A DNA stretch of 64,000 nucleotides from Nitrospinaceae bacterium (lineage in GTDB: Bacteria > Nitrospinota > Nitrospinia > Nitrospinales > Nitrospinaceae): NCBI GenBank assembly GCA_965237905.1, contig OZ250172.1, forward strand, positions 608,001 through 672,000. The letters run 5' to 3'. Positions 30,257 to 40,215 of this stretch are shown here, piece by piece. Every line of letters begins with the position of its first letter. Position 1 is the first letter of the stretch. A model generated the notes under the pieces. The model was not told where the DNA came from. It saw nothing but the letters and a program-made list of their open reading frames with translations, and searched no databases. A program made the position numbers and the translations under genes.

Positions 30257-31462
30257 CTATTTATTGGACACGGAATAATGAGCGGGCAGAACCTTACCCG
30301 GCGGCACGATGGTGCCGGGCTCAATGGAATTCCCCGCTCCAATGACGACATCATCCCCGATGAACGCACCCAATTTCAGGATACCTGTGTCTTTGGCTTT
30401 CTTTTGATGCTTGACCTTGATGGTGCTCCAGTCCAACTGCCGGTTAACGGTCATCGTTCCGGCACCGATGTCCACATTCTCTCCTAAAACACTGTCGCCA
30501 ATAAATGACAGGCGGCCAATATGGGAATTTTTCTGCACCACGCAGTTTTTCAGCTCCACCCCGTAACCGACGGAGCAGTTGTCCCCCAGGGCGGTGTAAC
30601 TGCGGATCAGGGAGTTGTTTCCGATATAGCATCCCTTGCCGATGGAACAGGGTCCCTCCAGCACCGCCCCCGCTTTAATAATGACATCATCTTCAATATG
30701 AACTGTTCCCTGAATGGTCACATTCGCTTCCAGAGTCACTGTTTTGGATATCCGCGAGTGCTCCCAGGAATCCATGATGATTTTGTTGGCCCTCAGAATT
30801 TCCCAAGGGTAGACGACATCCAGCCACTCGTCTTCCCACATGGAGGCCCGCAGACCCTCGTCCTTGACCAGCGCCTTGATCGCCTTTTCCATAGAGCGGC
30901 CATTCTTCTCCAGCAAGCCAAAAAAGCTTTCTGGAAGGATATAGACCCCGGACAACACATAATTGCCAAGGTTATCGCCCTTCGGCTTCTCAATGATTTT
31001 GGTGATGTTCATGTTGGCGTTCAGAAACACATTGCCGAACATCTCGTTGGAAGGCGGCAGGCAGATGGAAGCCACCGGCCCCTTGAAAGCGTGAAACGAT
31101 TGCTGGGTTTTGGTGAAGATATTCTCCGCGGTCACAATATCTCCGTAAATCAAAAGGAAATATTCACCCGGTAGAATCTTATCCTTGATCTTCAGCACCG
31201 CATCGCCGATGCCGCCGGCCCGACTCTGTACCATATACTGAAGGTTCAAGCCGTTATGCACATGCTCGCCGATTTGCTCAACCAATTTGTCCTTCTGATG
31301 GCCCACCACCACAAAAATATCATTGACTCCGGCTTTCTGGAGCAGGTCGAGGCTGTGATCGAACAAATATTTCCCGGCCACACTGATCATGGGATTGGGC
31401 CGGGTGTCGGTAAAGGGTTTCAGGTTGTCACCTTTACCCGCGGCAAGGATTACAGCTTTCAT
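30257..31462 (-). CDS. Bifunctional sugar-1-phosphate nucleotidylyltransferase/acetyltransferase (archaeal GlmU-like)
   Basis: MKAVILAAGKG..L.P.T, W.DV.YPWE.L, hexapeptide beta-helix with ELKN, SFIGDS and KLGAFIGD. Confidence 0.85.
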   Translation of the reverse strand: MKAVILAAGKGDNLKPFTDTRPNPMISVAGKYLFDHSLDLLQKAGVNDIFVVVGHQKDKLVEQIGEHVHNGLNLQYMVQSRAGGIGDAVLKIKDKILPGEYFLLIYGDIVTAENIFTKTQQSFHAFKGPVASICLPPSNEMFGNVFLNANMNITKIIEKPKGDNLGNYVLSGVYILPESFFGLLEKNGRSMEKAIKALVKDEGLRASMWEDEWLDVVYPWEILRANKIIMDSWEHSRISKTVTLEANVTIQGTVHIEDDVIIKAGAVLEGPCSIGKGCYIGNNSLIRSYTALGDNCSVGYGVELKNCVVQKNSHIGRLSFIGDSVLGENVDIGAGTMTVNRQLDWSTIKVKHQKKAKDTGILKLGAFIGDDVVIGAGNSIEPGTIVPPGKVLPAHYSVSNK

Positions 31463-31512
31463 GGTTTAACTTTCGAATTCGGTTGATTGGGGGAAACGAT
31501 GGTGCCGGTCCG

Positions 31513-32250
31513 TCAGGCCTGAACAATCTGTTCGGCTTTTTTTAAATCTTCGGAAGAATTGATTCCGAAAATCTCATCCGCGTCCTGGGTCGAATGGCAC
31601 GCCACAGCATGCCCGTTCCGCGAGAGAATTCCAACCGTATCGGTCAGATAGTACTCCCCTTGCGCGTTGCTGGAGTCGACTGAAGCTAACGTCTTGAAAA
31701 GAATGCCTTTATTAAAACAATAAACTCCAGAGTTGTATTCGTCAATGGTTTTTTCCTGTTCGCTGGCATCCCGGACCTCCACGATGCGCAAAACGGCCCC
31801 CCCCGGACTGCGGACCACCCGCCCGAAATCCTTCTTTTCCCCGGTTTTAAGGCTCAACAGGGTGCATCCGGCGCCGGTTTCGTGATGTATGCGAAGCAAG
31901 GCCTGGAGGGTTGCAGATTGGATCAGCGGCATGTCCCCGCACAGGACCAGAACATCTCCCTCAAAGTCCTCCAAAGCGGCCCGGGCTTGCAGAACCGCAT
32001 GTCCGGTCCCCAGCTGTTCTGCCTGCTCGACAAACTCAACGGGACGGTTGGCGCAGGCCTGTTTGACTTCCTCGGCCTGATACCCCACCACCACGAGAAC
32101 CCGTTTGGGATTCAAGGTAGCCACCGTGTCCAGCACATGAATCAGCAACGGGCGCGAGGCCAAAGAATGCAAAACCTTGGCGCAGTCGGACTCCATCCGG
32201 GTGCCCTTCCCGGCGGCTAGAATGACGACGGCTAACCCTTGTCTCGGCAT
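31513..32250 (-). CDS. GlmU N-terminal uridyltransferase domain only
   Basis: LAAGKGTRM, QLGTGHA, GDMP and N.QGEYYLTD; stops at 245 aa with no beta-helix. Confidence 0.88.
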   Translation of the reverse strand: MPRQGLAVVILAAGKGTRMESDCAKVLHSLASRPLLIHVLDTVATLNPKRVLVVVGYQAEEVKQACANRPVEFVEQAEQLGTGHAVLQARAALEDFEGDVLVLCGDMPLIQSATLQALLRIHHETGAGCTLLSLKTGEKKDFGRVVRSPGGAVLRIVEVRDASEQEKTIDEYNSGVYCFNKGILFKTLASVDSSNAQGEYYLTDTVGILSRNGHAVACHSTQDADEIFGINSSEDLKKAEQIVQA

Positions 32251-32498
32251 TTGATGTTGTAGTCCTGGATTTTTTTGCGGAGGGTGTTGCGGTTGATTCC
32301 GAGAATGTTGGCGGCCTTGGTCCGGTTGCCCTCGGTTTCCTGAAGCACGATTTCCAGCAGGGGTTTTTCCACTCCGCCGATGATCAAATCATGAAGGCCG
32401 CCGTTTTGCCGAACGTCCATATGGGACACGTATTTTTTAACGCTCGTATCCAACCATTTTTCGAGAAACGTCTGGATTTTTTTATCAACCTTCGGCAT
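32232..32498 (-). CDS. Fis-family HTH DNA-binding protein
   Basis: VEKPLL and GN.TKAA.ILGINRNTLRKK motifs. Confidence 0.9.
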   Translation of the reverse strand: MPKVDKKIQTFLEKWLDTSVKKYVSHMDVRQNGGLHDLIIGGVEKPLLEIVLQETEGNRTKAANILGINRNTLRKKIQDYNIKCRDKG

Positions 32499-32697
32499 AG
32501 GTCTTAAACGGGTCAATCAAGTTACAGATCGGTTTTCATGGGGTGGAGATGGCGCATCGTAACAAACCCGCTTCGGGAGGTCAAGAACAGGTTCCGGTCC
32601 ACCCGTTTTAAAATAATTTTCAGTTGATAAAAAACAATGAGATGGCATAAGATGGGAAATTATTTATTCAATCCAAAAAGAGAATAGAGAATTTATT

Positions 32698-34023
32698 GTG
32701 AAAGTCGCCTTCGCCACACTCGGTTGCCGGACCAATCAAAACGACACCGCGGAAATGCAGACCGTCCTGGAACAGGAAGGATTCTCCATCGTCGGTTCCC
32801 AGGAACGGGCTGACATCTATGTCATCAACACCTGCACGGTAACCGCCAAAAGCGATTCCAGCTCGCGCCAGGCGGTGAAGAAATCCCTGGCCATCAATGA
32901 CGCAGCAATGGTCGTTTTTACTGGATGTTATGCCCAGAACAGCCCGGAGGAGGCATCACAGATTCCTGGACTGGATGTGGTTCTGGGGAACGCCAACAAG
33001 CTGGAGATCGCCAAGGTGATCAAAACCCAACTGAACCGGCTTCAACAGGAAGATAGCTTCGGCCTGCCGCTGGTGCACATGTCCGACATTACCCAGAAAT
33101 GGGATTTCAAGACCATCCCCGTTTCCGATTTCCACGGCAAGACCAAAGCGTTCATCAAAGTGCAAACCGGGTGCGACGAGGCCTGCTCCTTCTGCACCGT
33201 GGTGCGGGCAAGAGGACGGTCCATCAGCGATTCACGGGAAAATATTCTCAACAACGTGCGCCACTCGCTGGCAGCCGGGTTCCGGGAAATCACCCTCACC
33301 GGGATCAACCTGGGAACCTACGGAATGGATACCGACCCGCCGGAAACGTTTTCCTCCCTGGTGGAGGAAATCCTCGACCTCGAAGGCGAATTTCGCGTGC
33401 GCCTCAGTTCCATCAACCCCATGGAAATCGACGACCGGTTGATCGAACTCATGGCGGAACGGAACAATCTGTGCTCGCATTTGCATATCCCGCTTCAAAG
33501 CGGGGACGATACCGTACTCTCCCGCATGCGCCGGAACTATAACGTCCGGCAATACCGGGAAGTGATGAGAAAGGTCATTGACCGGAATCCGGGCCTGGGA
33601 CTGGGGGCGGATATCATTGTCGGCTTTCCCGGCGAAACCGACGCGATGTTTGAAAACACCCGCCGAATGATCGAAGACCTGCCCTTCACCACCCTGCACG
33701 TATTCTCCTATTCTCCCCGTAAAGGAACCGAGGCCACCGGATTCACCAACGACGTTCCCAAGTCCGTAAAAAAGGAACGCAATAAAATCCTGACCAAACT
33801 GGGAAACCAAAAAGCCCGGCAATTCTGGGAAACCTTACTGAACCAAACCGTCCCGGTGCTGGTCGAAAACAGCCGCGATCCTCAAACAGGACGCCTGCGG
33901 GGTCATTCCGACACCTATATACCGGTCTCTTTTGAAGGGTGCGATGAATGGATGAACCGAATTGTTCCCGTCCGCATCACTGAGGTTTTGGAACAACAGG
34001 TTTCCGGATGCCTGCCGTCATAA
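32698..34023 (+). CDS. mtaB: tRNA t6A37 methylthiotransferase
   Basis: TLGCRTN, INTCTVT, radical SAM CxxxCxxC, TRAM domain. Confidence 0.93.
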   Translation: MKVAFATLGCRTNQNDTAEMQTVLEQEGFSIVGSQERADIYVINTCTVTAKSDSSSRQAVKKSLAINDAAMVVFTGCYAQNSPEEASQIPGLDVVLGNANKLEIAKVIKTQLNRLQQEDSFGLPLVHMSDITQKWDFKTIPVSDFHGKTKAFIKVQTGCDEACSFCTVVRARGRSISDSRENILNNVRHSLAAGFREITLTGINLGTYGMDTDPPETFSSLVEEILDLEGEFRVRLSSINPMEIDDRLIELMAERNNLCSHLHIPLQSGDDTVLSRMRRNYNVRQYREVMRKVIDRNPGLGLGADIIVGFPGETDAMFENTRRMIEDLPFTTLHVFSYSPRKGTEATGFTNDVPKSVKKERNKILTKLGNQKARQFWETLLNQTVPVLVENSRDPQTGRLRGHSDTYIPVSFEGCDEWMNRIVPVRITEVLEQQVSGCLPS

Positions 34024-34190
34024 TCCTGACCATCGAATCGACCGGTTCGGAAACGCCATCACTCATACTTCGCGGGAAATGATATCGCGACATTGCCCAC
34101 ACTTTCGGGAATTGACTGTTAAACTGGGAAAGATCGTCATCCGCAGTTTCGCGACCCATTACTCCGAAAAATCCAGGTAATCCCGGACTC

Positions 34191-34670
34191 ATGAATAAAA
34201 AAAGTCAAAATACCGATGGCATTAAAATCATTTGCCAGAACAAAAAAGCCCGGCACAATTACCAGATCGAGGACACGATGGAGACGGGTGTGGTTCTGCA
34301 GGGGACGGAGGTCAAGGCCCTGCGCGAGGGCAAGGCCAGCATGGCGGACTGCTACGCGGTGGTGGACCGGGAGGAAGTCTTCATGCTGCACTGTCACATC
34401 AGCCCGTACACCCCGGCGCATGCCTTCAATCACGATCCCATGCGCAAGCGCAAGCTCCTGCTTCACAAAAAAGAAATTGCGCGATTGATCGGCACTACTC
34501 AGGAAAAAGGCCTCAACCTGATTCCACTGAAACTGTATTTTAAAAACGGTAAGGTCAAAGTGGAGCTTGCCATCGCCAAGAGCAAGAAAACCCACGACAA
34601 GCGGGAAACCATCAAGAAGCGGGAAGCGGACCGCGAAATTGCCCGCGCCATGAAACGGGATAAACCCTAG
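34191..34670 (+). CDS. smpB: SsrA-binding protein
   Basis: NKKARHNY, GTEVKALR and RKLLLHKKEI motifs. Confidence 0.98.
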   Translation: MNKKSQNTDGIKIICQNKKARHNYQIEDTMETGVVLQGTEVKALREGKASMADCYAVVDREEVFMLHCHISPYTPAHAFNHDPMRKRKLLLHKKEIARLIGTTQEKGLNLIPLKLYFKNGKVKVELAIAKSKKTHDKRETIKKREADREIARAMKRDKP

Positions 34671-35560
34671 TCTTTGCGAAGAACCATCACCACTCCACAA
34701 ATAGCGGTGCAGGCGCCGATGTAGCCCCACAATCCGATCATTTCGGGCGCTACCCAATCCGGCGCCACGAGGGGCAGGATGTGCATGACGGTCAGTGTGA
34801 TAAACGGGTTGAGTGTGATCACCACACTGATCAGCCACAGCGGAATATGATTGACCGCCTCCGCCAGACAGCCGTAGGCCAGCAGGGTATTCACACCCAG
34901 AAAAGCTATCAACGCCCAACTGCCAAAATTCGGATTGTTGAATTCAGCCCAGGTCGCGACAGGAATCAACACCAGCGCGGCAGTGCCATACACCAGCAGA
35001 TTCAGATGAGGGGCTTCGTAGGCCACCGACAATTTTTTCTGGAAAACCATATATCCGGCCCACAGCACGGCGGCCGCAACCATAGTAATCGAGGCTTCCG
35101 TGTAGACTTCGCTTCCCCATTGGCGACTCTGATCTTTGTAAAAAAGAACGAACCCGACTGCGGCAATTGCCAAACCGATGCCCTGTCTCCAGTTGAGTCG
35201 TTCCTTGAATAAAACCACTCCCAGGAAAACCAGTAGCACCGGCGCGATCTGGATGAGAATGCCGGCGTTCGAAGGACTGCTGACTTCTACGCCTCTCAAA
35301 AAGTAATAATAATTACCGGCCAGAAAAATTCCCGCCAGAACTCCGAAACCCGGCGGCGAATAGATGATTGATTCCGGTCGCTTCTTTTGGAATTTCAAGA
35401 ACAGGAAGAGCACTATAAAAGCGAAGGTAAAACGGAACCAGACGATACTGCCTCCGGAAAATTCCTGGAGGGCAATTTTCATCAGGATGGGAAGAAAGCC
35501 CCACAGCAAGGCGGTGATCGCCACGCAGGCAAGGCCCCGGACGTAATTGGGCTTCTGCAT
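34667..35560 (-). CDS. DMT/EamA family transporter
   Basis: About 10 TM segments in two EamA repeats. Confidence 0.9.
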   Translation of the reverse strand: MQKPNYVRGLACVAITALLWGFLPILMKIALQEFSGGSIVWFRFTFAFIVLFLFLKFQKKRPESIIYSPPGFGVLAGIFLAGNYYYFLRGVEVSSPSNAGILIQIAPVLLVFLGVVLFKERLNWRQGIGLAIAAVGFVLFYKDQSRQWGSEVYTEASITMVAAAVLWAGYMVFQKKLSVAYEAPHLNLLVYGTAALVLIPVATWAEFNNPNFGSWALIAFLGVNTLLAYGCLAEAVNHIPLWLISVVITLNPFITLTVMHILPLVAPDWVAPEMIGLWGYIGACTAICGVVMVLRKD

Positions 35561-35567
35561 AGTCCGG

Positions 35568-36182
35568 TCAGTTTAGGTGAGCAAACTTCTCCAGCATCGT
35601 CAATCCCTGCTTCTGACTCTTTTCGGGATGAAACTGAAAGGCGTGAATGTTCTCGTGTTGGATCCCGGACACAAACTCCACTCCGTACTGGGTGGTGGTG
35701 GCGACCATGTCGCGATTTTTGGGAACGACATAATAAGAATGAACAAAGTAGTAGTAGGGATGCGCATCCATCGAATCAAACAGCGGCGATGGCTTGTTGA
35801 GGGTCAGCGTATTCCATCCCATATGCGGGACTTTCAGGGTGGGGTCATCGGGAAAGTGAAAACGCATGACTTTCCCGGGAAGAATCCCCAATCCTTCCAC
35901 CGTGCCAAACTCAATGCTCTGCTCAAACAGCAATTGCAACCCAAGGCAGATACCCAGAAACGGTTTGCCGGATTGAATCGATTTGTGGACCACTTCCACC
36001 AGCCCCAGGCGATCCAGGTTGTCCATGCAATCCTTGAACGCCCCGACACCGGGGAGGACCACCGAATCGGCATCCAAAATGGTTTGGGGTTTACTGGACA
36101 CCACGGCATCGGCGCCCACGGCTTCCAGCGCCTTTTGCACGGACCGCAAATTGCCCATGCCATAGTCGATAATGGCGATCAT
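35568..36182 (-). CDS. hisH: Imidazole glycerol phosphate synthase, glutaminase subunit
   Basis: DYGMGNL, PGVG, GICLG and QFHPEKS motifs. Confidence 0.97.
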   Translation of the reverse strand: MIAIIDYGMGNLRSVQKALEAVGADAVVSSKPQTILDADSVVLPGVGAFKDCMDNLDRLGLVEVVHKSIQSGKPFLGICLGLQLLFEQSIEFGTVEGLGILPGKVMRFHFPDDPTLKVPHMGWNTLTLNKPSPLFDSMDAHPYYYFVHSYYVVPKNRDMVATTTQYGVEFVSGIQHENIHAFQFHPEKSQKQGLTMLEKFAHLN

Positions 36183-36767
36183 CTAGAGAGTGCCTTTGGT
36201 AGACGGAATCGTGTTGGACCTCGGGTCCAGGGAGCTGGCCTGGTCCATCGCCTTGGCAAACGCCTTGAAAGACGCTTCCACCACGTGGTGCAGGTTGTTC
36301 CAGTAAGGAGAATTGAAGTGCAGGGTGAGCCCGCAGTTGGCGGAGACGGCTTGGAAAAATTCCGAAACCAGCTCAACATCAAACTCGCCCAGTTTCGCCT
36401 TAGGCAAGTCGATATTGAACACAAAGTAAGAGCGGCTCAGGTCCACGACGCAATTCACTAGCGCCTCGTTCAAAGGCACACTGGACTGCGCAAACCTCCG
36501 GATTCCCTTCTTGTCTCCAAGGGCTTTTTCAAAGGCCTGACCCAACGCAATTCCCAGATCCTCCACCGTGTGGTGGAAATCGATGTGGGTATCTCCTGTC
36601 GCTTTTACCGTGAGATCGAAATAACCGTGGCGGGATAACTGCGCAAGCATGTGATCCATGAATGGAATCGGGGTTTGGATATCCCCCTGTCCTGTTCCGT
36701 CGAGGACCAGACTGATTTCAATTTGGGTTTCGCTGGTAACACGTTTGATTTTGGAGCATCTATCCAT
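36183..36767 (-). CDS. hisB: Imidazoleglycerol-phosphate dehydratase
   Basis: DHML, HHTVED and HHVVEA.FKA motifs; start placed at ATG 36767, overlapping the dxs stop. Confidence 0.95.
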   Translation of the reverse strand: MDRCSKIKRVTSETQIEISLVLDGTGQGDIQTPIPFMDHMLAQLSRHGYFDLTVKATGDTHIDFHHTVEDLGIALGQAFEKALGDKKGIRRFAQSSVPLNEALVNCVVDLSRSYFVFNIDLPKAKLGEFDVELVSEFFQAVSANCGLTLHFNSPYWNNLHHVVEASFKAFAKAMDQASSLDPRSNTIPSTKGTL

Positions 36768-38781
36768 TGACCGGCTGTATTTCTTTTCCTTTATCTTTTT
36801 TGCCATTGGAGGAATGTTTTCCATTGCCTCCGTTTTGGCCGTTTTTGCCGTTTCCATGGACTTGTTTTTTACCATTACCAGAAATCGGGACGGCCCCGAG
36901 AACGGTCTTATTATAGAACTCCTGAACCGCGTTTAAAAGACTTTCCGGGTCCAATTTCAAATCTTTTCGGACCAGCACCGGAGCTCCATGTTCAATGACT
37001 TTATCGGCCACGCCGATACATTTCACCAGAACATTTTTCTCCGGGAGATGCTCGTTGATTTCTTCCAGAACCGCGGAACCGAACCCACCTTGAAGCGCGT
37101 GTTCCTCCATCGTCACCAGGCATTTTGCCGACTGTGCATAGCGGCAGATCAGATCGGTATCCAAAGGCTTCACAAACCGGGCATTGATAACAGCCACACT
37201 GAGGCCCTCGCTTTCCAAAGACTTGGCAAGATCCTGAGCCGGTGGCACCATATGGCCGTAAGCGATAAGCGCGATATCGGTTCCATCCTGAATCACCTCG
37301 CCCTTGCCGATTTCCAGTTCCTTCATTTCCGGGTCCAGAGGTACGCCCAGGCCGGCACCACGCGGATAACGCACGGCGGCGGGACCGGGATGATAGACGG
37401 CGGTTTTCAGCATATGGCGCAGTTCATTTTCATCCTTGGGCGCCATGATGACCATATTGGGCAGTGTCCGCAAATACGCGATGTCGTACAACCCCTGATG
37501 GGTCGCCCCATCCTCGCCGACGATGCCGGCGCGGTCCATCGCGAACGTCACCGGGATGTTCATGAGACAGATATCATGAACCACCTGATCGTACGCCCGT
37601 TGCAGAAACGTGGAATAAATGGCAATGACCGGCCGTAACCCTTCCAGCGCCAGGCCACCGGCAAAATCCACCGCATGTTGTTCGGCCATACCCACGTCGA
37701 AGGTGCGCTCCGGAAAAGCCTGCCCGAATTTACTGATCCCCGTACCCGAGGGCATGGCGGCGGTGATGCCAATAATTTTCTCATCCTGTTTGGCCAAATC
37801 GATCAGAGCATCGGCAAACACTGCGGTGTACGCCGGATTGGATTTCTTTTTCAGGAACGCTCCCGTTTCGATGTCAAAGGGAGACGCGCCGTGCCAGATT
37901 TCGGCCTTTTCTTCAGCCATTCTGTATCCTTTGCCCTTGCGGGTAATCACATGAACCAATGTCGGACCTTTCTGGCCTTTGAGGTCTTCCAGGTTTTCAA
38001 TCAACGTCTCGGTATCGTGACCATCCAGCGGACCGACGTAACGGAATCCCAAGTCCTCAAACAACCGTCCGGGGATGAACACGCCTTTGATGGCGTCGTC
38101 GATTTTGTGGGCGAAATGCGATATATTTTTCCCCACCCCGGGAATAGATTGCAGCATCTCATCAATTTGTCCTTTGATCTTTCGCATGACCTGTCCGGTC
38201 ATGATCTGGCTCAGGTGGGCTGACATGCCGCCGACGTTGGTGGAAATCGACATCTCGTTATCGTTCAAGATAACGATCATGTTGCTTTTAAGATGGCCGG
38301 TATGGTTCAAGCCTTCAAAAGCCATGCCTGCGGTCAACGACCCGTCGCCGATCACCGCTACCACTTCGCTGTCTTCTTTTTTGAGGTCGCGCGCTTTGGC
38401 AAAAGCGAGTGCGGCGGAGATGGAGGTGCCTCCATGGCCGCAGTTCCAATGGTCGTGTTCGTTTTCTTCGCGTTTGGTAAATCCGCTCAACCCCTCGTAT
38501 TGCCGGAGTGTATGAAACCGTTCCCGGCGGCCCGTCAGCAGTTTGTGGACATAGCTCTGGTGCCCCACATCCCAAACAAACCTGTCCCGCGGACTATCAA
38601 ACACGTAATGCATCGCCAGTGTCAATTCCACAATGCCCAGATTGGAGCCCAAATGTCCGCCAGTTTTGGATATCGTCCCTAAAAGAGTTTCCCGGATCTC
38701 TGCTGCTAAAGTGGGAAGATCTTCTCTGTTGAGTTTTTTTAAGTCCTGAGGACCGTTGATTCCATCTAAGAGCCTGCTCAT
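36760..38781 (-). CDS. dxs: 1-deoxy-D-xylulose-5-phosphate synthase
   Basis: DVGHQ.Y.HK, GDG, NDN.MSI, AEQHA and DRAG motifs. Confidence 0.98.
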   Translation of the reverse strand: MSRLLDGINGPQDLKKLNREDLPTLAAEIRETLLGTISKTGGHLGSNLGIVELTLAMHYVFDSPRDRFVWDVGHQSYVHKLLTGRRERFHTLRQYEGLSGFTKREENEHDHWNCGHGGTSISAALAFAKARDLKKEDSEVVAVIGDGSLTAGMAFEGLNHTGHLKSNMIVILNDNEMSISTNVGGMSAHLSQIMTGQVMRKIKGQIDEMLQSIPGVGKNISHFAHKIDDAIKGVFIPGRLFEDLGFRYVGPLDGHDTETLIENLEDLKGQKGPTLVHVITRKGKGYRMAEEKAEIWHGASPFDIETGAFLKKKSNPAYTAVFADALIDLAKQDEKIIGITAAMPSGTGISKFGQAFPERTFDVGMAEQHAVDFAGGLALEGLRPVIAIYSTFLQRAYDQVVHDICLMNIPVTFAMDRAGIVGEDGATHQGLYDIAYLRTLPNMVIMAPKDENELRHMLKTAVYHPGPAAVRYPRGAGLGVPLDPEMKELEIGKGEVIQDGTDIALIAYGHMVPPAQDLAKSLESEGLSVAVINARFVKPLDTDLICRYAQSAKCLVTMEEHALQGGFGSAVLEEINEHLPEKNVLVKCIGVADKVIEHGAPVLVRKDLKLDPESLLNAVQEFYNKTVLGAVPISGNGKKQVHGNGKNGQNGGNGKHSSNGKKDKGKEIQPVNG

Positions 38782-38793
38782 AATGTTTCCATA

Positions 38794-39714
38794 TCAAAAG
38801 GTACGTTGGACGAAAAAACGGGCAATCTCGCGCAGAGGATCGGCTCGTTCGTCAAATTCTGCCAAGCATTCCAAGGCCTCATCTACCAGAGATTCGGCTT
38901 TCTTTTTGGAATCCTCCAAACCAAACAAGGCCGGGTAAGTGGCCTTGTCCTTGTCGACATCGCTACCGATATCTTTTCCCAGTTCTTTTTTATCTCCAAC
39001 AATATCCAGAATATCATCGATAATCTGAAAGGCCAGACCGATATGAGCGCCGTAACGGGAAAGTGCCCCCAACTGGGAATGGGAAGCCCCACTCAAGATC
39101 GCGCCGCTTCGAACACAGGCCTTGAAAAAAAAGCCTGTCTTGTAAATGTGGATGTACTCCAAAGTTGAAGCATCAATTTTCTTCCCCTCCGATTCCAAAT
39201 CCACCACCTGGCCACCGATCACTCCAGTGGAACCCAGCGACTTGGCGATCTCCTGCGAAGCGCGAAGGATGTTTTTGTGGGAAATGGCCTCCATCAGATA
39301 AGGGTTGGTCATCAACACAAAGGCCTGCGTCAGCAACGCGTCCCCGGCCAGAATCGCAATGGCCTCACCAAAAACTTTGTGGTTGGTCGGCTTGCCCCTC
39401 CTCAGACTATCATTATCAAGAGCCGGGAGGTCGTCATGAATCAACGTGTACGTATGAAGAAACTCAACCGCTACTGCAAAAGGCAAGACGTTGGTTCGGC
39501 TCCCTCCTACAGCTTCCGCTGAAGCTATAAGAAGGCTGGGGCGTAACCTTTTCCCCCCAGCGAACAAACTGTAGTGCATGGATTCGTGAATACTCTTGGG
39601 GTAACCATCTTTTTCCGGCAAAAACTGGGGTATCGCTCTATCGATAAATTCTTTGCATTCCCCTAAATATTTCTTGGCGAGTACTCTTTCTGTTGATTGG
39701 GTCACCGGAACCAT
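38794..39714 (-). CDS. ispA: Polyprenyl (farnesyl/geranylgeranyl) diphosphate synthase
   Basis: GGKRLRP, HDDLPALD and FQIIDDILD motifs. Confidence 0.93.
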   Translation of the reverse strand: MVPVTQSTERVLAKKYLGECKEFIDRAIPQFLPEKDGYPKSIHESMHYSLFAGGKRLRPSLLIASAEAVGGSRTNVLPFAVAVEFLHTYTLIHDDLPALDNDSLRRGKPTNHKVFGEAIAILAGDALLTQAFVLMTNPYLMEAISHKNILRASQEIAKSLGSTGVIGGQVVDLESEGKKIDASTLEYIHIYKTGFFFKACVRSGAILSGASHSQLGALSRYGAHIGLAFQIIDDILDIVGDKKELGKDIGSDVDKDKATYPALFGLEDSKKKAESLVDEALECLAEFDERADPLREIARFFVQRTF

Positions 39715-40215
39715 TTAAAAACCCCTAAGGTATCGTAATATAAAATGTTAGCACACATCCTACCTCAGTCAACCTTTATTCAAAATCCCGGCACACCGTT
39801 GCCCCTCCATCGCTTTAACCTTGCGAATATCCTCATGATTACGGTCGGGATTTTACGCCAAACCTTACATTTTTTTGGTGGGAACGTGAGACAATCCTCT
39901 CGCCGATCACTCTTGGGTGCAAAACAGGCATGACAACACAGGCCATTCTTTCTTCAGCACCCTGGAGAACACCCCAAAAGAGGGTGAAGGGATGGGCTCT
40001 ATTCAGACATAAATCCGGAAAACCTTATCAGTGATGATCCCTTTCCTAAACAAATCAGTTTCTTTGCTTGAACGAAACACTTAAAATGTTGAGCCTTATA
40101 GTATTGACAAAGTAAGGAAAACCCTTTTTCATAGATTGAAGACTCTCATTTCGGAAACTGCTGACAACTCCATGCCACACCCCAATCCGTTTGACCCGAT
40201 CCCAAGGAGCACTGT

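Noticed and set aside
34024..34190. tmRNA next to smpB
   Set aside because: Too short and no tRNA-like ends.
36768..36875. N-terminal extension of HisB in the ORF track
   Set aside because: Overlaps the dxs tail; HisB homology starts at ATG 36767.
39720..40215. Na+/Li+ (nhaA-type) or glycine riboswitch upstream of nhaD
   Set aside because: Only fragmentary resemblance (GGGTG..CAGG; CTGGAGA..GAAGG); the key conserved segments are missing.
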